Positions 7,196 to 12,384 of a DNA stretch of 12,384 nucleotides are shown in pieces. The translations under genes were made by a program, and so were the position numbers. The DNA is taken from IMG/VR virus record IMGVR_UViG_2713896773_000005; one strand, 5' to 3'. The stretch's first letter is position 1, and every line of letters starts with the position of its first letter. The notes beneath the pieces were generated by a model. It had not been told where the DNA came from. It searched no databases and saw only the letters and a list, made by a program, of their open reading frames with translations. Origin of the DNA: a virus. Taxonomy: Duplodnaviria; Heunggongvirae; Uroviricota; Caudoviricetes.

Positions 7196-7645
7196 TCAGT
7201 AGTCAGCGCGGTACTGCATGCTGACGGGAATGGTGTAGGTTATGGAGCCACTGGACCCGTTGGACGCCGAGGTTGGCCGGTCCTGGATGGGTTGTCTCAC
7301 CTGCGGCGGCCCATTGATATAAACAGTCAGGTCACCATCCACCAGCGCAAGCCCTTCAGGAAATGCATCAGCGACAGATTTAGCCAGCCCTCTGGCCTGC
7401 GTCACGCCGCTGCCTGCTGGCGCAATGATGTTGAGCTGCAGGATGCCCTGATAGGTTCGCAATTGACCTTCCAGGTCTTGCCCCACCGTCTGTGCCGGCA
7501 GAACATAAACACGCCCGTATGGTGAGCTATCCGGGGGAGTAAACGGTATGTTCGGCCAGGCTACGGGCAGCCCAAGCGATAAGCAGATAACCGCAATGCG
7601 GCTCTCCAGTAGTTCAGCAATTCGCATTGACTGGTCACTGGCCAT
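7196..7645 (-). CDS. Putative tail terminator / tail completion protein, 149 aa
   Basis: ATG at 7645..7643 with SD GAGGTG. Located immediately upstream of the tube gene. Sequence pattern (...PYGRVYVLP...G..Q..I.AP.G.G...) resembles tail-terminator-type proteins; assignment is mainly positional. Confidence 0.45.
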   Translation of the reverse strand: MASDQSMRIAELLESRIAVICLSLGLPVAWPNIPFTPPDSSPYGRVYVLPAQTVGQDLEGQLRTYQGILQLNIIAPAGSGVTQARGLAKSVADAFPEGLALVDGDLTVYINGPPQVRQPIQDRPTSASNGSSGSITYTIPVSMQYRADY

Positions 7646-8234
7646 TGCGCACCTCGCTCATTGCCTCACGGAACAACTGCGCGGCATCCAGCGCAGTGAT
7701 GCCCACCATGCCGCCGGGTGCCTGGCCGGAATGCCCGTTCTCCAGTGCTGCCGCATATGGCAGATTATTGGTGAAGAAAATCGAGCTGACCTGCCCTACC
7801 CGGAACACCTCGAGCACTGCCAGACCGCGGGAGTTGGAACCCTGGCCGGAAGCGTCGGGGGTGTCGTTGGATTGGCTTGGCTGGCTGTCAAAGCCCACAT
7901 ACCAGTTGTTTTTAAACCGCCCGCCGACATAGCCCTCAGGCTTTTTGATGTCCATCGAGTCGTTGACGCGCAGGCCGCGCTTAAGTCGTCCTGATTTGGT
8001 CAGATTAGCCGGGTCATCACGCAGGGTCGCGTTATGCTCCCGCACCGCAGTGTTGTACGCCGTCGCGGTCTGGTTGACCTGCCAGATATCCGGTTGGCCC
8101 ACCGGGGACATCTCAACCAGTTGAGCGAGGATTTTAATACCCGTCCGGCGCACCACCTCGTCCATCTCCTGCTTCGAGCCATCCACGAACAGCTGAATGG
8201 CAGCCAGGAACGGCTGATTAACAGACCCCACCAT
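7635..8234 (-). CDS. Putative tail completion / head-tail joining protein (HK97 gp10-like), 199 aa
   Basis: ATG at 8234..8232 with SD GAGGG; overlaps the next gene by 11 nt. The C-terminal motif ENGHSGQAPGGMV recalls the HK97 gp10 family signature; position is consistent. Confidence 0.45.
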   Translation of the reverse strand: MVGSVNQPFLAAIQLFVDGSKQEMDEVVRRTGIKILAQLVEMSPVGQPDIWQVNQTATAYNTAVREHNATLRDDPANLTKSGRLKRGLRVNDSMDIKKPEGYVGGRFKNNWYVGFDSQPSQSNDTPDASGQGSNSRGLAVLEVFRVGQVSSIFFTNNLPYAAALENGHSGQAPGGMVGITALDAAQLFREAMSEVRNGQ

Positions 8235-8236
8235 AG

Positions 8237-8590
8237 TTACGCCCTCAGCTGGATGTTGTAGGAGATCAGCACATCGGCAGGCTTAACCGGATTCGGCTGT
8301 ACCACGCGCCACTTTTTGCTGTCGATTTCGATGCGGTCATCGATGCGCACTTCCGTCTCGAAAGTGGCCGCCAGCTTCTTGTCGCCGGTGGCGATCAGGG
8401 AACCGTCGATTTCGCGGGAGGAGTATTCGGTGATAACACCGGTTACGGTCGCGGTAATGGCCGGGGTGGTGACCTCTTTGCCGAACTGGTCACGGATGGT
8501 GCCGCCGCCGCGGGTAAGCTGATATGCCTTCCCGTTCTCGGTCAGCAGTCGGGTCGCGGTCGCGCGCATGCGGCGATAGTCGATTGCCAT
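8237..8590 (-). CDS. Putative head-closure / head-tail joining protein, 117 aa
   Basis: Tightly packed ORF (ATG at 8590, 1-nt gap from the preceding stop) between the adaptor-like and gp10-like genes. Assignment by gene order only. Confidence 0.4.
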   Translation of the reverse strand: MAIDYRRMRATATRLLTENGKAYQLTRGGGTIRDQFGKEVTTPAITATVTGVITEYSSREIDGSLIATGDKKLAATFETEVRIDDRIEIDSKKWRVVQPNPVKPADVLISYNIQLRA

Positions 8591-8591
8591 G

Positions 8592-9074
8592 CTACCCCCT
8601 TTCGACCCGGACCTGGTTGCCGCCCACTACAAGCCCGCGCAGTGCGGAATAGAACCATGGGAATGACGGAGAAGCTTTATTCGTTCCCGGCTCATACTGG
8701 ACTGTTACCGCACCCTCGACGCGCTCCATCGTAACCGCCCCACCGCCAGCGACCGACGGGGTGAGGTCAATCTCCTGCGATTCGATGGCCAGGCGACATT
8801 GAGCATCAATCAGGCGCTGTGGAATCGCATCATTCGACAGGTCAACACCATCGAAGCGCACGCCGGAACGCGGCCAGGATAGAGGCTGTGATGCGCTGGA
8901 ACGCTGACCGCGCCAGGCCTTCCCTTCCAGAAAGTCCATTGCCTGCATCAGCATCTGGCTGCATTCGCCATCTTCAGCAGGGATGGTGTATCCGCGCCCC
9001 GCAGCGAACGCGCGCAGATCACCAACGCTGGCATAGCTGTTGAAGTCAGACGAATGGGGATCGGCATTAATCAT
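8592..9074 (-). CDS. Putative head-tail adaptor (gp6-like / DnaT-like domain), 160 aa
   Basis: ATG at 9074..9072 with SD GAGGAG. The motif ...AWRGQRSSASQPLSWPRSGV... resembles the conserved core of phage head-tail connector proteins. Position downstream of the capsid gene fits. Confidence 0.45.
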   Translation of the reverse strand: MINADPHSSDFNSYASVGDLRAFAAGRGYTIPAEDGECSQMLMQAMDFLEGKAWRGQRSSASQPLSWPRSGVRFDGVDLSNDAIPQRLIDAQCRLAIESQEIDLTPSVAGGGAVTMERVEGAVTVQYEPGTNKASPSFPWFYSALRGLVVGGNQVRVERG

Positions 9075-9087
9075 CTCAGAGCTCCTC

Positions 9088-9399
9088 TCAGGCTTCGAAA
9101 AGCTTCTGCTTTAACGCATATCCCATCAACGCCCACAACTCGCTTTCGGCGTTCTCAATAGCAATTTTCTCGCCAATTTCAGCGTTGTCGTTAGCGGAGG
9201 AAACTGAGCACGACGGATTCCCTGTTACTGCGAATCCGTTTTGAGTGGTGATGACCGCCCAGCGAAGCACCTGCCCGGTGACGGATACGTGCTTCACGAT
9301 CTCGGCATGCTTAATATTCGCCTTCAACTCGCCCAGCGTAACGCGCGGCGCGTTCAAGCCTTTGGCCTGAATTTCCTGCTCAATATCTTTATCGCTCAC
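9088..9399 (-). CDS. Gp49-like (Phage_gp49_66-type) protein of unknown function, 103 aa
   Basis: GTG start at 9399..9397 with SD GGAGG at 6-nt spacing. Translation (...NGFAVTGNPSCSVSSANDNAEIGEKIAIENAESELWALMGYAL...) resembles this widespread phage family as I recall it. Confidence 0.45.
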   Translation of the reverse strand: MSDKDIEQEIQAKGLNAPRVTLGELKANIKHAEIVKHVSVTGQVLRWAVITTQNGFAVTGNPSCSVSSANDNAEIGEKIAIENAESELWALMGYALKQKLFEA

Positions 9400-9401
9400 A
9401 G

Positions 9402-9602
9402 TTACTCCTCCAGTCGCCAGTCCAGCGCCAGCCAGTTATCGACTTCGTCAGGGTGAACCTCAGCGCTCAGCGGACCGCCGGGGAACTCCGGGGTATCTCG
9501 CATCATAGCCACCAGCTCAATACCTGTTTGTTCAGCGCCGTTCTGCGCGGCAAGCTTTTCAGCCTCACGCTGCGCGCTCTGCTCTTTGGTTAATCCGGCC
9601 AT
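9402..9602 (-). CDS. Hypothetical protein, 67 aa
   Basis: ATG at 9602..9600 preceded by SD AGGAGG (plus 9607..9612) with 4-nt spacing. The longer ORF-track version (to 9692) would overlap the capsid gene 3' end and its terminator, so it was trimmed. Confidence 0.5.
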   Translation of the reverse strand: MAGLTKEQSAQREAEKLAAQNGAEQTGIELVAMMRDTPEFPGGPLSAEVHPDEVDNWLALDWRLEE

Positions 9603-9610
9603 TGGGCCTC

Positions 9611-9635
9611 CTGAAAACAAAGGGGCCGAAGCCCC
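9611..9635 (-). terminator. Rho-independent terminator after the major capsid gene
   Basis: Stem ggggc (9622..9626) / gcccc (9631..9635), loop cgaa (UUCG on the RNA), followed on the minus strand by TTTGTTTTC (plus 9611..9620). Lies 5 nt downstream of the capsid stop at 9641. Confidence 0.55.
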
Positions 9636-9640
9636 CTGGG

Positions 9641-10780
9641 TTAACCCATGATGATGGCGGAATGACGTGGCGCCACAGCAGCCACACCCCATGCCAGGCC
9701 CACTTCATAACGCACCTGACGGTACTGGCGGTACAGCGCCACCTGGAAGGTGATGCCAGATACCGGGTCGGTCACATTCATGACGTCATCAGCAGTATCG
9801 CCACCTTCAGGCATCGCCGGGGTACGGCTGGCCAGCAGGAATGCCCCGCGGTCAAACGCCATGTTCGGTACAAATTCGCTCAACACAGTGACATCAGCCT
9901 GGTCTGCCAGATCCTGACGGAGGCCCGGCGCGCTAATAGTGATAGTGGAAGACGTAGCCGCAACGACCAGATACTGATTGTCATCACCGGCGAACTTCAC
10001 CGCAGTACCTGCAGCAATACCGCCGGTGCCAGCAGAGATAGCGATGATGATATCGCCCTCTTTCTTCGCGCCATTGACCTTATAGCCAGCAGCAGCGCTT
10101 TTCGCGGTACGCTTGATGCTGAAGGATTCGTGGAGGTTGAAGCCCATGATGCGACCGATAACACCTTCACGCAGCAGTTGGTCGGTTCCCGCTTCGTTCG
10201 CTTTGAAGAGTACAGCCTGTTTACCACGGATGGATGCCATCGCTTCGCCACCCAGCACCATACGCAAATCAGTAGTCGGCGCACCGTTATCGGTCAGGAT
10301 TTGACGCGCCAACGCAGCATCAGTCAGATCGTCTTTGATGCTGAACGGGGTATTCTTTGGCGCGCCAACAGCGCGGGAGGAGTTGAGGTACAGCGCAGCG
10401 AGATCCGCATCCACTTCGTTCGCCAGCGCACGGAAAGCCTGCTTGAACTGGTCAGCCAGGATGGTGTTGTAGGTACCAGCCGGGCCCAGAGCCAATTGCT
10501 CTTCACCATTCCATTTCACCGGGGCCATTTTGGATTTGGTGATTTTGACATCCACACCACCGATGGTCTGGTCGCCAGAATTAGGCGCTGAAGGTCCAGG
10601 GACAATATCTTCAGTGGTGGCTGCAGGTGCGACTGGCGCACGTACGGTCTGGTCTTTTGCAGCAGCATCCGCTTTCGCGTCACGCGCCACCGCAGGAATA
10701 AAACCAGTTTGCTCGCGGGACACTACGTACAGCGCGGTATAGATGGTCGGGATCAGACCAGTAAGGGTATTGCCTGCCAT
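9641..10780 (-). CDS. Major capsid protein (HK97-fold type), 379 aa
   Basis: Large ORF with SD AGGAGC upstream of ATG at 10780..10778, directly after a scaffold-like gene and before the head-tail joining genes. Composition and length are typical of siphovirus major capsid proteins. High GC (about 60%). Confidence 0.8.
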   Translation of the reverse strand: MAGNTLTGLIPTIYTALYVVSREQTGFIPAVARDAKADAAAKDQTVRAPVAPAATTEDIVPGPSAPNSGDQTIGGVDVKITKSKMAPVKWNGEEQLALGPAGTYNTILADQFKQAFRALANEVDADLAALYLNSSRAVGAPKNTPFSIKDDLTDAALARQILTDNGAPTTDLRMVLGGEAMASIRGKQAVLFKANEAGTDQLLREGVIGRIMGFNLHESFSIKRTAKSAAAGYKVNGAKKEGDIIIAISAGTGGIAAGTAVKFAGDDNQYLVVAATSSTITISAPGLRQDLADQADVTVLSEFVPNMAFDRGAFLLASRTPAMPEGGDTADDVMNVTDPVSGITFQVALYRQYRQVRYEVGLAWGVAAVAPRHSAIIMG

Positions 10781-10797
10781 TTATGGCTCCTTTCGAT

Positions 10798-11550
10798 TTA
10801 ATCGACGATGCTGACGCCGTCTTTCAGCGCTGCTTGCTTGCCAGCGTTATCCAGGGAATCAAACGCATCGCGTTTCATGGTTTTTTGCCCGGCCTGGTGC
10901 TGCGACTGGTGAGAACCGCCGCCGCTGTTACCGGACGCTTTGAGGATGTAATCTTTCTGCGGATGCGACTCGACCAGAGACTCCAGGGCCTCATCAAAGC
11001 TGGCTAACTCGCCTGGCTTGGTGCGAGAGAACACCTTGTTGCCCTGCCCGTCGTACGCCACGACTTTGCCGTCTTCGATTTTGAAGTTCTGACCGAAGTG
11101 GGAACGCACGAACTCAGCCGGGATCGCCATCTTCTCTGAAATGAATTTGGAGCCACCGAAGCGCCCGCCGATCATCTCGTCGTAGAGCTGGCTTTCGAGC
11201 TGTTTGGTCTTGCCGTTCGCTTCATCCAGCTGCTGCTGGAATACCTTGGTAATCTCAGCCTTAACCTGGTCAACAGCGCCAGCGTCGATCAGTTTTTTCT
11301 GGTCGATTTTGGTCATCATCTCCAGGGCTTCGAGCGCCTTGGTCGGATCGGTGATGCCAGAGAATTTCGCGAGACTGGCTTCCGCCGCCTCCTTCGCTTC
11401 ACGGTGAGTTTTAGCTTCACCATTCAGGGAGGTGATTTTGGTCATCGCTGCGGCTGCGTCGAACGGGATTTCTTTGCCATCATCATGGATGTACACAGGC
11501 ATACCGTTTTCAACGACCACATTTCCGTTAGCATCAAGTTTCAGTTTCAT
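10798..11550 (-). CDS. Putative capsid scaffolding protein, 250 aa
   Basis: ATG at 11550 with SD GGAG. Charged, Ala/Lys/Glu-rich, largely helical-looking protein immediately upstream of the capsid gene. Assigned by position and composition. Confidence 0.5.
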   Translation of the reverse strand: MKLKLDANGNVVVENGMPVYIHDDGKEIPFDAAAAMTKITSLNGEAKTHREAKEAAEASLAKFSGITDPTKALEALEMMTKIDQKKLIDAGAVDQVKAEITKVFQQQLDEANGKTKQLESQLYDEMIGGRFGGSKFISEKMAIPAEFVRSHFGQNFKIEDGKVVAYDGQGNKVFSRTKPGELASFDEALESLVESHPQKDYILKASGNSGGGSHQSQHQAGQKTMKRDAFDSLDNAGKQAALKDGVSIVD

Positions 11551-11631
11551 TGTTTTTGCTCCAGCCTTCCGGCCATTGGTAATAGGTCATCCGACCCGGT
11601 CACCGCGTCGCATCCGCTCAGCGGCAGGCAT

Positions 11632-11655
11632 AAAAAAGGCCACCCGAAGGCAGCC
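11632..11655 (-). terminator. Rho-independent terminator separating the two-gene accessory unit from the head genes
   Basis: Stem ggccacc (11638..11644) / ggcagcc (11649..11655), which forms 7 pairs on the minus-strand RNA including two G-U wobbles. Loop cgaa (UUCG on the RNA), followed on the minus strand by T6 (plus A6 at 11632..11637). Nearly identical in sequence to the terminator at 116..139. Confidence 0.6.
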
Positions 11656-11657
11656 TG

Positions 11658-11867
11658 TTAGATAAATTCGACGGTTATTACGCCGCGCAGTTTGCGGGTA
11701 TAGACTTCATCGCGCTTTCGCTTATGGACCCGAATGGGGTATGGGTAGAAGCATGCTATTCCTCGCTTAACATCCGCCCATACGCAGCGCTTGACCTCGT
11801 TGCCGTTAACGAACACTCGGCGCTTACCGCGGCCATCGCCCACATGGTGAAAATCGTCATCTCGCAT
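11658..11867 (-). CDS. Hypothetical small basic protein, 69 aa
   Basis: ATG at 11867..11865 preceded by a G-rich SD (GGGGGGTGG), 23 nt downstream of the DUF2829-like gene stop. Stop at 11658 abuts the terminator. The ORF-track start at 11885 is a TTG without SD, so the ATG was preferred. No family recognised. Confidence 0.5.
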   Translation of the reverse strand: MRDDDFHHVGDGRGKRRVFVNGNEVKRCVWADVKRGIACFYPYPIRVHKRKRDEVYTRKLRGVITVEFI

Positions 11868-11890
11868 AGACCACCCCCCAAGCAACTGGT

Positions 11891-12355
11891 TTAGAGAATT
11901 TGCCAGTCATCAGCCAAGACGTCGGTTTGGCTTGGTGCCCAAGGCACGCGAGCGCCATTTGGGTATGGCATAGCACCATTGCCCGGCACAGGATAAATTA
12001 AACGAATGTACGGCAGGTCCACAGATGGCGACTGCTGGACCAGCTCAAGCCACAGGCCCTTGCCGTTCCAGCCTGCGCGGGTGACACGCTTGCCTGATTT
12101 CAGGGCTTCGACAGCCAGTCCGAAGCTAAGCCCCGCCACTGGTCGGTAGGCTTTGTCGAACACATCTTTCGGACTCCAGCTCACATACCCGTTGAAGCGA
12201 TCGGTGTTTGGCTTTCCGCCATCCAGATACTCGACGAGATAACCTTCATCACTTCCGTTTTCGTCACTTGGTAACTCCCAACCACGAAAGTCGTTATATG
12301 CCAGACGGGTCATCGGGTAAGCATTGATGAGCTTCACGCCAATATGTTGAGTCAT
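11891..12355 (-). CDS. DUF2829 / Tad2-like domain protein with an N-terminal extension, 154 aa
   Basis: C-terminal half (...FGLAVEALKSGKRVTRAGWNGKGLWLEL ... ARVPWAPSQTDVLADDWQIL) carries both motifs I recall as diagnostic of DUF2829, the family that includes Thoeris anti-defence protein Tad2. The N-terminal ~77 aa is unrecognised. ATG at 12355 with a weak AAGG SD. Confidence 0.6.
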   Translation of the reverse strand: MTQHIGVKLINAYPMTRLAYNDFRGWELPSDENGSDEGYLVEYLDGGKPNTDRFNGYVSWSPKDVFDKAYRPVAGLSFGLAVEALKSGKRVTRAGWNGKGLWLELVQQSPSVDLPYIRLIYPVPGNGAMPYPNGARVPWAPSQTDVLADDWQIL

Positions 12356-12384
12356 TGTTTTATTACCTTATTCAGTTATTCAAA

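Noticed and set aside
7548-7994. Plus-strand ORFs 7548..7994 and 7627..7932
   Set aside because: Antisense to the tightly packed minus-strand head-tail joining genes; no start signals.
9603-9692. Longer N-terminal extension of the 9402..9692 ORF
   Set aside because: Would overlap the 3' end of the capsid gene and the terminator; a strong AGGAGG SD precedes the internal ATG at 9602, so the gene was trimmed.
9602-10591. 329-aa plus-strand ORF
   Set aside because: Lies entirely antisense to the strongly supported major capsid gene, is Arg/Ser-rich with no SD, and is a typical shadow ORF in GC-rich coding sequence.
11868-11885. TTG start listed for the 11658..11885 ORF
   Set aside because: No SD upstream; an in-frame ATG at 11867 has a G-rich SD.
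1-12384. CRISPR arrays, tRNA genes, IS elements, integrase or attachment sites
   Set aside because: No regularly spaced direct repeats, no tRNA-like cloverleaf candidates, and no transposase or integrase-like ORFs were seen; the only recurring repeats are the terminator hairpins.

Overview
Almost the whole window is a minus-strand late (virion structural) gene cluster of a siphovirus-type tailed phage or prophage, probably from an enterobacterial host. Read in the direction of transcription (high to low coordinates) it runs: DUF2829/Tad2-like gene and a small partner, terminator, putative scaffold, major capsid protein, two small genes, head-tail joining genes, tail-terminator-like gene, tail tube with a C-terminal Ig-like domain, a KilA-N-like insert, tail assembly chaperone G with a -1 frameshift extension (GT), and a 1043-aa tape measure protein. 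Seven or eight intrinsic terminator hairpins punctuate this cluster. Downstream of the tape measure gene (about 140..1430) sits an AT-rich accessory island (roughly 40% GC by hand count versus 50-63% in the structural genes) with three unrecognised small genes, including a membrane-anchored zinc-ribbon protein. The three best candidates for something new are that island, the KilA-N insert inside the tail operon, and the Tad2-like fusion protein at the right edge. All protein-family calls rest on remembered motifs and gene order, not on any database search.
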